Shown here: positions 1 through 10,585 of the stretch, piece after piece
Layout of the letters: every line of letters starts with the position of its first letter
How positions within the stretch are numbered: position 1 is the stretch's first letter
Assembly: GCA_013138765.1 (NCBI GenBank)
Contig: WTCB01000041.1
Coordinates: forward strand, 1-36,126
Source: Candidatus Nanohaloarchaea archaeon
GTDB lineage: Archaea > EX4484-52 > GLR71
DNA length: 36,126 nt
Direction of reading: 5' to 3'
Position numbers and translations under genes: made by a program
The notes under the pieces: generated by a model
Databases searched by the model: none
What the model saw: the letters and a program-made list of their open reading frames with translations, nothing else
Told to the model about the DNA's origin: nothing

Positions 1-2
1 TT

Positions 3-146
3 TCTCAACTCGCACAAGACCTAAAAATAAGACGAGATTTCCTTGCAGGATTCCTTGAAGCCCTGCGCATAACCGGCAAACTTGAAGTGATTGATGTCGG
101 ACGTGCAAAAGTATACAGACCGATAAAAGGGGTGCAGAACATATGA
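3..146 (+). CDS. Partial (5'-truncated) winged-helix HTH protein, C-terminal end
   Basis: Not in the ORF track. Frame 3 is open from the window edge: SQLAQDLKIRRDFLAGFLEALRITGKLEVIDVGRAKVYRPIKGVQNI*. It shows an HTH followed by a beta-hairpin wing (VGRAKVY). Its stop overlaps the next start (ATGA, 143-146). Confidence 0.7.
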   Translation, partial: SQLAQDLKIRRDFLAGFLEALRITGKLEVIDVGRAKVYRPIKGVQNI

Positions 147-3100
147 ATAAAAAAAACATAGCATTCACAATCCTGGCACTCACAACTTTAGCAATAATTA
201 TACCATACATATTTGCAGCATCAAACTACATAGAAGGTACTGTAATCAATCTCGAAAATGGTAATTCTATCGGAAGTGTTACAATAGACATAGTAAACTG
301 CACAGACCAGACACAGATATTCAATACGACAACTACTTATGCAAATGGAACTTTCCAGATAGAATATAACAACACTTGGGGCCAATACTTGATAAACGCA
401 AGCGGCAACCCAAGCTATATCGACAGACAATTCAACAACAACACGCAATGCTTTGAAAACGGCACAGACCTAACATTAAAATTATACCCCGTGGGAACAA
501 GTTCACTAAATATCATATTAAAAGATTCAGTAAACTCCCGACCAATACCAAATGCAATCGTAAAATTATCAAGATCAAACTATGATAGTGAAATCACGCA
601 GATCAACAATAGTCGCTGCACAGATAATATATGTAAAACAGGAACAGATGGAACCATATTGCTCATAGTACCAAATCCCGGAACTTACAACATAACAATA
701 ACCTCAGAAGACTATGACAACTGGAACGAGACCCTTGCAACATTCAACGAATCGACAGAACTTGGAAAAAACAGAGATTACGCAAAACAATTAAGAGGCA
801 GTGGAATAATCTCAGGTAAAGTGACAGATTATTACAACAGCAAAAATGTTGAAAGTGCAACAATAGAACTTTACAGACATGATACTAATCCCTATTCTGG
901 GGAAAACCTAAGCTTTGAAGGAATATACAATTACACAACAACAACAGATGCAGACAGCAAGTACACACTATACATACCCCCAAGTTTAATATTAAGTACT
1001 AATTATGATATCAGTGCATCTCACAACGACTGGACACAGACAATAAATTACAATGGAGACCCAAACACAGATGGTGGTTGGGATAGCTTAAACACAAACA
1101 TAGATGTACATATGAAAGGCACACTTCGGATAAATGGAAGCATAACTGACTGTAACAACAATGAACAAGAAATATCTTTAGACATATACATCACAGATAA
1201 ATCCGGAAACGGATTTGACTATTACACACACACAGACAACGGAAATTTCAGCATATTTGTAAAAAACACAACAACTGGATATGCAGGATACAACATAACA
1301 ATAAACGGCACACAGTATGATGCAACAACTCTTGCAAATGCACAACAAGAAATATCAGAATGTGTAGACGGTTCGCAGAAAGTGAACGGAACTGTAAAAG
1401 ACTCTGAAAACAACCAAAATATTGAAAATGCAACAATCATAATTAATCTTGACGATGGAAACAGTTACAACACAATAACTGCCGTAGACGGAACTTTTGA
1501 AATGGACATAAAAGACAATGTTCAATTCACAATAGATATAGCAAAAACTGGATACACTGGATTATCAAGTCTTACAGATACAGACGGTAATTATGAAACA
1601 ATAAATCTTACTGGCGCATATAACATTACAGGATATGTAGAAGACAAAGAAGGTTCAAGAAGAACATCTGGAGCAAAAATCGAAAATGTGATCATCACTG
1701 TTTTAAATCAGACAACAAGAGCAATATTATACGCGACTGCAACTGACGGCAACGGACAATATTCAATTAACATACCCTCAAACATAAATTACACATTATC
1801 ATGGAATAAAAACTTTTACAATGCAAAAGAAAAAGATTATTCCGCAGGCGAAGACAATGACGGGATCATATACCTAAAAGGAAACACACACATAGACGGT
1901 TACATACTTGATGAAAGTTCATTCGCAACAGACAAAAACATAACTGCAGACACAACAATTGATTTTGCAGACATTAATGGAAAACAATACACAATAATAC
2001 CACAAGACGGCATATTCACAATAGACATGGCAATAGACAATTATAACATAACTGTCTCAAAACCAGGTTACGATACAAAAACTGAAACCGGATTCGTATC
2101 AGGCAGTTCAATAACACAAAATATAAACCTTAGAGGTAGTCTGAACATAACAATAACTACAACTGATAACTTCAGCAATCAATCAATCAGCCTTATAAAC
2201 CTACGGCTTTTTGACAAAGATTCTGGAATAATAAAATATGATAGTATTGCAACTCTTGACGGCACAAAAAACATATTTGTCAATTCTGAAAATACATACA
2301 ATATAGCAGTCTACCACAACAATTATCTACCCCTATATGAATCAATAAACACAGAAGATACAACATTTGAAAAAGAATACAGACTGGTTGCAAAATACGA
2401 GACAAAAATAACAGACGCTGAAAACAATATGCCAGTCGAAAACGCAAAAGTCCAGGCATACCATTATTTCAACCAGACATATCATCCAATGACATTAAAT
2501 GAAACAACGCTTCAAGTGACTGTAAACTGCTCAGGTATGTTACTTGACAACATAAATGTTACAGTCACAGGTCCATCCTATTCAAACTCACAGAACACCA
2601 TAGCAGGGACCACAACATTTGCAGCATTACCGATTGAAACTTACACAGTTGAAGCAAACGGATCAACCAGCGGCTGCAGTACAAAATCAACTGTTATAGA
2701 CATAACTCAAGGTGGTACTGCGTACAACACAACAATACTGTTGAACACAACAATATTAATGATTCATGTTACAAATCCGAACAAAGAAACAATATATCCA
2801 GCAAATGTAACATATGAAAATTCAACAGGTTCAAACATAACGATGCAAGGCCTAAACAACCAATATTATTATGAGAATTACATCGAACTTGGAAATTACA
2901 CAACAACAGTAAATGAAAGCAACCATCATAACAAGACTGTCTTATGCAATGTAACCACTTCAGGAGAAATAAACTTTTGCAACATAACACTTCAACCACT
3001 CCCTGGAAACATAAGCATCTATCTGTTAAATTCCACAGGGAACCCAATCACAGGTGCAATAATAAACATAACAAATGCAACTGCATCCTATGAAATTATC

Positions 3101-6100
3101 GCAACAGACGGCTGGGCAAATTTCACAGATATCGAATCCTTATGGAACCTGACTATAGACGCAATAGACTTAGGATATCAAAATCAAAGTCACAACAACA
3201 TCTATACATACCCTAACACTGACACAACCTACACATTCACATTGAACCAAACAAAAATAACAATAAATGTAACAGATGACCTAGGTATTTTAGAAAATGC
3301 AAATGTATCGCTTACAGACCCATCAACTGGCGCAACCCTTAAAGATTATCTTGGTAATCCCTTAAGCGCACTCACAGATTCTTATGGAAGTGTCACATTT
3401 ACCAGATTCAATATATCCACATACAACATAACAATCAATGAATCCTCCCATGATTTCTACAACCAGACACTGACACTTACAATGGACTCAGACAATGATA
3501 TGCAGATAAATTTAGACACAACAAGAATGACAATTAATGTAATAGACACATACAGCACACCACTTGCAGACATCTATGTAAGTCTAAACAAGACCGATGG
3601 CACAGCAAACTTTACAGGATATACAAACAGCACAGGTACAGTAATCCTTGAAAATCAGACATTCCCACCTGGACTTTACAACCTGACAGTCAATGGAACA
3701 AGTCTTGGCTACAACTACACAGAAAAACAGATAGACATCTATGGTGGTTCACAAAACATTGAAAACATAATACTTGAAGAATACAGACTAAAAATCCAGG
3801 TCAACAGCAGTTATGATAACAGTGCAGCAAAATCAGTAAATGTAACAATTGAAGAGATACCACAGTCAAAAAACACAGATGAAAACGGCACTGCACAATT
3901 CAGAAACCTTGAAAACAAGACATATACATTAACGATAAACGGAACTCAAGTGGGCTACAATGACACAGTATTATCCATAAACGTTACAGGGGACATAACA
4001 GTTGAAATACTTCTTGAAGAAAACACATTTAAGATAGAAATAAAAGATGAAGAAGGAAATCCAGTAAGTGCAGGAATAGACGTAGTTCTTTGGAACCCTT
4101 ATCCAACACTAATTTACGATGATGCATTAGGCAACAATCTAGAAGATGAAACAACACCCACAAACAACAACATAACCTTCAGATTGATGCAATACGAATC
4201 TTCGCCCGGAAACAACATCACAATGTTGGCAGATGGAAGCGACCAAGGATACGGAACAAACCTGACAGATTACACAATATTTAATGGAACAAACGGTCCA
4301 AACACCACCATATTAAACATAACACAGCTTTTAGTCAATGTGACAAACTCAACAGGTGCACCAGTAAACGCCGCAAATGTAACACTATTAACCCTATCTG
4401 GAGGTTATGTCCAAAATGGTCTTGGAGGCGGTAGCCAACAAATGAATGGCACAACTGCCTCAGATGGAACAATAACATTCAAATGGCTATTGCCCGACAC
4501 ATACAATGTATCAATTGAAAAAAATGTAAGCGGAACAATAGTTAGAAACTCAACACTTGTAACAATTACTGCAGGCGAACACAAATATGTTCACATTGAT
4601 CCAAACAACACACTTATACCTTCCCTTAAAGGAACATATTACAATAGCATTCTTGAAAATGACACCTATGACCTCCAAATAAACACAACAGGTCTTGCAG
4701 GACCTGTAGAAAATATAACTGTCAAAGTATATGCAACAGGATACGATTACGACAATGCATACTGGTACAATTACGAAGCGACAGACAACAAGACAACCGA
4801 CGCAAACGGCATAATTGTAATATCAAATATACCCGCCGGAGTTTACGATATATTAATCGATGGAGAAAGTAAAGGTTATGGTATCACAAAAACAAAGATA
4901 CAATTCGGAAAACTGGTATTTTCTGAAGAAACAACAGGAGGCGACGGAATCATTGAGATTCAAATAGATGGACAACCGATAGAAAATGCAGTAGATAACG
5001 GATATTTCATAAGAGTGACCGCAGCAGGATACAAAACATACGACACTTTTGATAATGGTGAAGAAGGATTAAAAGGAACCTATTATGATAATATTAATTA
5101 TGACCAAACCATTTATCCAGGTTATACCCTAAACAACCGAACAGACATAGCACTCAACGGTATCATAAACCTTGTTGGACAGATAACAGACAGTTTAGCA
5201 GTAAATGCACAACCAATTTTCAAAAATATCGCAAACACATTCATAGAGCTCATAATGCATGGGACTGGAACAGTAAGATACACAGCATACACCGATTCAG
5301 ATGGAAATTATAGCATAAATATCAGCCCAGCATTACAAGGCGCAACAGACATTAATTCCCCCCTTACATACGATATTAAAACAACAAAAATTGGATACCG
5401 ATCAATAACTGAAGAAAAAGTAATGCCAAATGCAACTGCAATAATAACTCAAGATATAAAAATTCCAGGATCATCAACAATCAATGGAAGTGTATATACT
5501 TACGATAATAAAGAGATTTCAGGAATCATTGTAAAATACATAGATAACGCAACACTTTCAGAGATATACAAAACTACAACAGATACCAACGGCGAATATA
5601 ACATCACAATAAATCCAGATTATCAACCATACATATTATCATTTTCAGACCCCACATCAAACACAAAAGATTACACAAGCCCTGTATACACAGAACCGCA
5701 TACAAACGAAAAATATTATCTTTTAGGTTCAGAACAGGCAACTCTAAATATATACATAATTGACAATAATAATGTTGAAGTTGAAAATGCAGAAGTTACC
5801 ATCAACTCATTTATTGATGAAAAAATTGCAACCTTCACAACAGACAATAATGGTCGTGTAGACCTTTTCATAGATGGAATTGAATGGAACATTGGTGAAT
5901 ACACCATAACTACAAATGGAAAAACATTAGGATATGGATTAAACACAGAAACAAAAAACATAATACCTGGATACAACACACACACATCAATCATAAATAC
6001 TACCAGAATAAACTTAAGCATCTCAAGCAATCTGGGAAATCCTATATACAACACAACTGCATACCTTACAGGAGATATATTTATCTCTAAAAATATCGAG

Positions 6101-8077
6101 AACAATACCGCAATATTCAATAAGATTCTATCCGGCAATTATACTATCAATTTATCCAGCCCATATTTCAGCCAGTACACAACACCTATAGAAATAAACG
6201 ACAGCAACGCAGGAACACAAATACAAAAAAACATAATCCTAAACGAAAGCATGATTTCAATAAAGATAATAAACCAGACCGGCAACAATTTAGAAAACAT
6301 AAGCATATCAGTCAACGGACCAACATCATACACAGGAAAAACAGACACAGAAGGATGGTTAAACAAAACTCAAATACTTGAAGGAAATTACACAATAACT
6401 TTCACAAACACGACAGAATTCACAGATAACAATTATTTCATACCTCAAAACATCTCAACCACACAGACAATTGGTAACACAACCCATATTGAAGTCAAAA
6501 CAATTGAAAGAATAATAAATGTAACTGTAAACACATATGACTTAAAAGATATATACAACACATCAAGAACAAAAATTGCAGACAACACAATAACAATCAG
6601 TCTTACAAACGAAACAGGACTCACATCAAACAAGACTGGCGACCCCAACACAAAAATCACAAATGATAGTACTGCAAGATTCACAAGCATCTATGACGGT
6701 ATATACACAATAAACACAAGCAGTATCAACTATACATCAGATAATATAACAACATTTAATACAACATCAACAAATTTCAACACAGAACAGAACATATATC
6801 TAAAACAAAATTATATGGCTTACATAAACATAAATATACTCGCTGGTAGCACACCAATATCAAACGCACAAGCAACACTTTACTGGAATGCCACAACAAT
6901 GATCACAACAGGTACATCAGACCAAACAGGTCGTATAATGCTCCCTGTCAATGCATCCATATACAACTCAACGTTACACATAAAAATCTCAAAAACAGGT
7001 TATGTCACAAAAACAACAGCAGACTTCAACATAACTATTGGAGAAATCCACAACAATATTACATCACTTTCACTTGAGGTACCAACTTATACACCAAACA
7101 ATAATAAACCAAGCAGTTCATCACCATCCAGCATATTGCCACCTCCCACAACATCAGACAATGAGACCAATAATAACACAGAAAATAACACAGATACAAC
7201 ACAAGACATACCAACTACATATACTTATACAGATAACAAAGAAGAAATTGAACAGATAATCAAAAATAATATCAATATCTATAATCTCTTAGAACAATCA
7301 TTAGGTCAATTATCGGAAAATCAGATAGCAACAATTGCACAAAATACAGAAACATACGGAAAATATATAGAAATCAAACGAGATATAATTATTGACGAAA
7401 ATGGAATGAGCATTATAAGTCTAGACATACATTACACAGGAAATAAAATATTGAATAATTTTGCAATATATGATGCACTTCCAAAAAATATCCTGACAAC
7501 AGACAATATCAAATTTAATGATAACCTCGCAGAAATATCATTTGACAAAAACACAGATTCATACTTAATAGTATACCCAAACATAGAACCAAATACATAT
7601 TTACGAACAGAATACCAAACAGAGAGATACATCAGTTCGCAAGACACATCACTATTCTCAAAACCACAAATATTTGTAACCGACATAGACAAAGATCTAA
7701 CGATAACACAACCGAATAATACAATAAAAATAACAACCAAAAAAAGTATACTTGATTACTGGTGGTTACTGATTCTCGCAGCGATAGCTACGATTGCGGG
7801 AATTATTATAACAAGGCAGACTGGAAAACAATCCATAAATTATAGTTTCAAACCGATTGAAACAACTAACCCCATGAACCCCCCCGACACAGCACAAGGA
7901 AACACTATGTACAACTTTGAACAAAGAGAGAAAACACTCGCGACTTTGCCCAAACAAGTCGTAGACACAATAGAAAAAACAGAAGAAAAGATATCGCAAG
8001 ATATCAGAAAAGTAGCTCAGAATGAGGTAGCATACCTCGCAAAAACGCTGGAGAAAGAGAGATTTATAGTTGACTGA
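143..8077 (+). CDS. Giant cell-surface glycoprotein/adhesin with ~25 Ig-like (carboxypeptidase-regulatory/CnaB-like) repeats and a C-terminal TM anchor
   Basis: N-terminal signal peptide (MNKKNIAFTIL...). Recurring ~85-100 aa units: I-x-G-x-V-x-D...I-x-N-A-x-I...T-T-D-x-x-G-x-Y-x-I...GY. Very many N-x-S/T sequons, an S/P/T/N linker, a TM helix (WWLLILAAIATIAGIII) and a charged tail. Confidence 0.85.
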   Translation: MNKKNIAFTILALTTLAIIIPYIFAASNYIEGTVINLENGNSIGSVTIDIVNCTDQTQIFNTTTTYANGTFQIEYNNTWGQYLINASGNPSYIDRQFNNNTQCFENGTDLTLKLYPVGTSSLNIILKDSVNSRPIPNAIVKLSRSNYDSEITQINNSRCTDNICKTGTDGTILLIVPNPGTYNITITSEDYDNWNETLATFNESTELGKNRDYAKQLRGSGIISGKVTDYYNSKNVESATIELYRHDTNPYSGENLSFEGIYNYTTTTDADSKYTLYIPPSLILSTNYDISASHNDWTQTINYNGDPNTDGGWDSLNTNIDVHMKGTLRINGSITDCNNNEQEISLDIYITDKSGNGFDYYTHTDNGNFSIFVKNTTTGYAGYNITINGTQYDATTLANAQQEISECVDGSQKVNGTVKDSENNQNIENATIIINLDDGNSYNTITAVDGTFEMDIKDNVQFTIDIAKTGYTGLSSLTDTDGNYETINLTGAYNITGYVEDKEGSRRTSGAKIENVIITVLNQTTRAILYATATDGNGQYSINIPSNINYTLSWNKNFYNAKEKDYSAGEDNDGIIYLKGNTHIDGYILDESSFATDKNITADTTIDFADINGKQYTIIPQDGIFTIDMAIDNYNITVSKPGYDTKTETGFVSGSSITQNINLRGSLNITITTTDNFSNQSISLINLRLFDKDSGIIKYDSIATLDGTKNIFVNSENTYNIAVYHNNYLPLYESINTEDTTFEKEYRLVAKYETKITDAENNMPVENAKVQAYHYFNQTYHPMTLNETTLQVTVNCSGMLLDNINVTVTGPSYSNSQNTIAGTTTFAALPIETYTVEANGSTSGCSTKSTVIDITQGGTAYNTTILLNTTILMIHVTNPNKETIYPANVTYENSTGSNITMQGLNNQYYYENYIELGNYTTTVNESNHHNKTVLCNVTTSGEINFCNITLQPLPGNISIYLLNSTGNPITGAIINITNATASYEIIATDGWANFTDIESLWNLTIDAIDLGYQNQSHNNIYTYPNTDTTYTFTLNQTKITINVTDDLGILENANVSLTDPSTGATLKDYLGNPLSALTDSYGSVTFTRFNISTYNITINESSHDFYNQTLTLTMDSDNDMQINLDTTRMTINVIDTYSTPLADIYVSLNKTDGTANFTGYTNSTGTVILENQTFPPGLYNLTVNGTSLGYNYTEKQIDIYGGSQNIENIILEEYRLKIQVNSSYDNSAAKSVNVTIEEIPQSKNTDENGTAQFRNLENKTYTLTINGTQVGYNDTVLSINVTGDITVEILLEENTFKIEIKDEEGNPVSAGIDVVLWNPYPTLIYDDALGNNLEDETTPTNNNITFRLMQYESSPGNNITMLADGSDQGYGTNLTDYTIFNGTNGPNTTILNITQLLVNVTNSTGAPVNAANVTLLTLSGGYVQNGLGGGSQQMNGTTASDGTITFKWLLPDTYNVSIEKNVSGTIVRNSTLVTITAGEHKYVHIDPNNTLIPSLKGTYYNSILENDTYDLQINTTGLAGPVENITVKVYATGYDYDNAYWYNYEATDNKTTDANGIIVISNIPAGVYDILIDGESKGYGITKTKIQFGKLVFSEETTGGDGIIEIQIDGQPIENAVDNGYFIRVTAAGYKTYDTFDNGEEGLKGTYYDNINYDQTIYPGYTLNNRTDIALNGIINLVGQITDSLAVNAQPIFKNIANTFIELIMHGTGTVRYTAYTDSDGNYSINISPALQGATDINSPLTYDIKTTKIGYRSITEEKVMPNATAIITQDIKIPGSSTINGSVYTYDNKEISGIIVKYIDNATLSEIYKTTTDTNGEYNITINPDYQPYILSFSDPTSNTKDYTSPVYTEPHTNEKYYLLGSEQATLNIYIIDNNNVEVENAEVTINSFIDEKIATFTTDNNGRVDLFIDGIEWNIGEYTITTNGKTLGYGLNTETKNIIPGYNTHTSIINTTRINLSISSNLGNPIYNTTAYLTGDIFISKNIENNTAIFNKILSGNYTINLSSPYFSQYTTPIEINDSNAGTQIQKNIILNESMISIKIINQTGNNLENISISVNGPTSYTGKTDTEGWLNKTQILEGNYTITFTNTTEFTDNNYFIPQNISTTQTIGNTTHIEVKTIERIINVTVNTYDLKDIYNTSRTKIADNTITISLTNETGLTSNKTGDPNTKITNDSTARFTSIYDGIYTINTSSINYTSDNITTFNTTSTNFNTEQNIYLKQNYMAYININILAGSTPISNAQATLYWNATTMITTGTSDQTGRIMLPVNASIYNSTLHIKISKTGYVTKTTADFNITIGEIHNNITSLSLEVPTYTPNNNKPSSSSPSSILPPPTTSDNETNNNTENNTDTTQDIPTTYTYTDNKEEIEQIIKNNINIYNLLEQSLGQLSENQIATIAQNTETYGKYIEIKRDIIIDENGMSIISLDIHYTGNKILNNFAIYDALPKNILTTDNIKFNDNLAEISFDKNTDSYLIVYPNIEPNTYLRTEYQTERYISSQDTSLFSKPQIFVTDIDKDLTITQPNNTIKITTKKSILDYWWLLILAAIATIAGIIITRQTGKQSINYSFKPIETTNPMNPPDTAQGNTMYNFEQREKTLATLPKQVVDTIEKTEEKISQDIRKVAQNEVAYLAKTLEKERFIVD

Positions 8078-8822
8078 AAAAGAACATCTCTCTTTCCAGC
8101 AAGCCCATTTTTTTATCAATTTTTTTCTTTGCACGAACATCTTCATCAAACTTAAGTCCCGCGTCAATATCGAAAAGAATAAGGTTACAAGCATCTGCTG
8201 CGGAATAATTTTTAGATATCTTAAGACTGAGAAGTCCTAAAATTTCAGATTCATCAATTTTTCCATAGGAAAAATCATACATACAACGAACAATCCTGCG
8301 TATCATCTGCCAAAGAAAACCAGTGCCATGAAAATGGATCAATATCAAATTTCCCGAAACTTCAACATTTACCTCAATTTCCCTCACAGATGTTTTTTCC
8401 TTATCTTTTTCAATCCTTGCAAAATTAGAAAAATCATGCTTTCCAGAAAAAAGTTTAGCAACATGCTTAAGCTTATCTAAATCAAGTCTTTTCGCATCTG
8501 AAAAACCGACAACATAAACATAATGTTTCTTGACTGGTAATTTTAGCACACCCTCACTTTTACCAAGAATAAAGATATCTGTGGGCAATTCATGATTCAA
8601 TCGTTCAATATCAACATTTTTTTTAGTCTCAAATTTTGCAAGATTACAGCAAGCAGAAACACCTTTATCAGTCCTGCTAAGGATCCTGAACCGTGAAGCT
8701 TTTTTATCAATCAAATCAAGCCGTTCAAGAGCTGATATGACTTCACCTTCAACAGTCCTTCCTTTAGCCTGTATCTGCGAACCACAAAAATCCTTACCTT
8801 TATATGCAATCTTAAGAATCAT
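8064..8822 (-). CDS. truA: tRNA pseudouridine(38-40) synthase
   Basis: KIAYKGKDFCGSQIQ, catalytic SRTDKGVSA, GKHDFSNF and GFLWQMIRRIV motifs. Confidence 0.95.
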   Translation of the reverse strand: MILKIAYKGKDFCGSQIQAKGRTVEGEVISALERLDLIDKKASRFRILSRTDKGVSACCNLAKFETKKNVDIERLNHELPTDIFILGKSEGVLKLPVKKHYVYVVGFSDAKRLDLDKLKHVAKLFSGKHDFSNFARIEKDKEKTSVREIEVNVEVSGNLILIHFHGTGFLWQMIRRIVRCMYDFSYGKIDESEILGLLSLKISKNYSAADACNLILFDIDAGLKFDEDVRAKKKIDKKMGLLEREMFFFSQL

Positions 8823-8852
8823 AACAAAAAGATATACAAAAAGAAATAAAAA

Positions 8853-9857
8853 TCAATTGGGCAGAATTGAATCTGAAAGTGCATTTGCAATTTCGATATA
8901 ATCTTGTGATTTAGGATCATTACAAGGTGCACCGAGATACAAATTTATAAGACATTTCATTGCAGAGATATCAAGTTTTCGATTATATGGATCTGTTGTA
9001 TAATGAACAAGTGCCTTTCGCATAGCTTTATTTGTTATACATATCCCCACAGCCGTTTTATTGACACATGAACTATCACAATATTGAGTTCCATCAGAAA
9101 GACATTCACCGACAGAATAACCATCACAGACAGAACTCCCCCCACCACAGCCAATACCAGTACTATTACAGACTTTATCAGGGTCATCTACAAATTTACA
9201 GCTACTATCACAAAAATCAATAAAATAAGTTTCACCAACAGTACAACTATTTGAATTATATCCCGGTACCTGACCACCACATTCCATATCGGCACCACAC
9301 GCGACACTACAAGCACCATCATCACTTGACACACCATTAGTACAAGTAAAATCATAAGTCAGATTAGCACAGATATAATTGCTATAAGGCGCAGTCACAC
9401 AATCCGCAATATGCGCATTAGTATCAGAACTGAAAGTCCCAAGACACGCCTGATATCCGGAATCAGAACAATTTTGTATTGTTTCATAACTGTATATTAT
9501 GGTGGCATCATCTGATGAAAGACAGACCCCTTCTAGATAATTCCCTTGATCTGATTTTTCCACATGCGCATTCGTCGCCGAAGACAGATTAAGAATATGG
9601 ATATCATCACAATTATTATTTAAATTAATACCTGTCGGAACCCCAGTCACAGTCACATCCTCACAAGAAACATTATACAAATAATTAGATCCAGTATAAA
9701 GTTCTGCATGCGCATTAAAAAGTCCTGACATCTTATAGACTAAAGTACCCAAACTTTGAGTATTTGATACCGTACAGTTTAATTCAGAAGAAACCGGCAC
9801 CAAGACTAATAAAAATGAAATGACCAATGAAATAATAAACACATTTCTAATTTTCAT
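8853..9857 (-). CDS. Secreted cysteine-rich protein with three S-x-x-x-NAH repeats
   Basis: Signal peptide MKIRNVFIISLVISFLLVL. ATG 9857 is preferred over TTG 9875. Repeats MSGLFNAHAE, LSSATNAHVE and FSSDTNAHIA are followed by a dense Cys-rich region. Confidence 0.75.
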   Translation of the reverse strand: MKIRNVFIISLVISFLLVLVPVSSELNCTVSNTQSLGTLVYKMSGLFNAHAELYTGSNYLYNVSCEDVTVTGVPTGINLNNNCDDIHILNLSSATNAHVEKSDQGNYLEGVCLSSDDATIIYSYETIQNCSDSGYQACLGTFSSDTNAHIADCVTAPYSNYICANLTYDFTCTNGVSSDDGACSVACGADMECGGQVPGYNSNSCTVGETYFIDFCDSSCKFVDDPDKVCNSTGIGCGGGSSVCDGYSVGECLSDGTQYCDSSCVNKTAVGICITNKAMRKALVHYTTDPYNRKLDISAMKCLINLYLGAPCNDPKSQDYIEIANALSDSILPN

Positions 9858-9891
9858 ATAACCACACAAATTCAATATTTCATTAAATCAA

Positions 9892-10515
9892 TTAACAGCA
9901 CATACCCAAAGCCACACAGCATTCGTCTTTTGTCACAAGACCCAAATCAGAAAGTCTCGTATCACAAGTATTGCCCCTTTCAGCAGCATTACATGCAGTC
10001 TCCTGCAACTCAGAAAGCTTGACAATCGGTTTTTTGATGACTTCTGGCGCCTCTATCAGTTCAGAACTCTGTTGAGACCTATTATTTGCAACATCACCTA
10101 CATCATCATCATCTAAAAAACCATTAATACCAGACCCAAAAGAACTATCCACAACATAAATCTCTTGCAGATACTTATTCTTTAAAGAATCATCAATATC
10201 TGATTTATTTATATTGATTTTAGCCTGTTCAATATAGTTATTCTGTTTTATTATAAGTCCCGCAGAGAATCTTACTTTATCATCTGAATCAAGAGCATTC
10301 AATTCAAGTTCTCGCTCATTTGCTAAAGATATAAGTATTTCAGCCTTATCTATAGAACTGAATGTAAATAATAGATGAACCCTTTCAAAAAATAGATCAA
10401 ATGCATAAAATATATCTCCAGGAAGAACACCTGCATCCACTCTATCACCAACAGCATAAGATACAGGCATAATAAAGATTAAAACAAAGAGAATCACAAT
10501 AAAACCATATTTCAT
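9892..10515 (-). CDS. Secreted DUF5667-like protein with C-terminal six-Cys module
   Basis: ATG 10515 has a GGTG-rich RBS and begins a signal peptide. AGVLPGDIFYAFDLFFERVHLLFTF...ANERELEL matches the DUF5667 pattern as I recall it. The protein ends in CC-x5-CC. Confidence 0.7.
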   Translation of the reverse strand: MKYGFIVILFVLIFIMPVSYAVGDRVDAGVLPGDIFYAFDLFFERVHLLFTFSSIDKAEILISLANERELELNALDSDDKVRFSAGLIIKQNNYIEQAKININKSDIDDSLKNKYLQEIYVVDSSFGSGINGFLDDDDVGDVANNRSQQSSELIEAPEVIKKPIVKLSELQETACNAAERGNTCDTRLSDLGLVTKDECCVALGMCC

Positions 10516-10585
10516 AATACTACCACACCCACCATATATATTTATTAAAAATAGTATATAAAAACATAAGTCACAGATTATAGAA

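Noticed and set aside
8064..8077. 14-bp convergent overlap of the giant gene and truA
   Set aside because: Common in compact genomes; no evidence of a regulatory role.
221..8194. Short antisense or alternate-frame ORFs inside the giant gene and truA (e.g. 5716-6138, 7432-7740, 7766-8194)
   Set aside because: Shadow ORFs of biased-codon genes, with no motifs or RBS.
8853..9045. Dockerin/EF-hand-like C-terminus of the Cys-rich protein
   Set aside because: A two-helix pattern is suggestive, but the Ca-binding DxNxDG loops are absent, so it cannot be supported.
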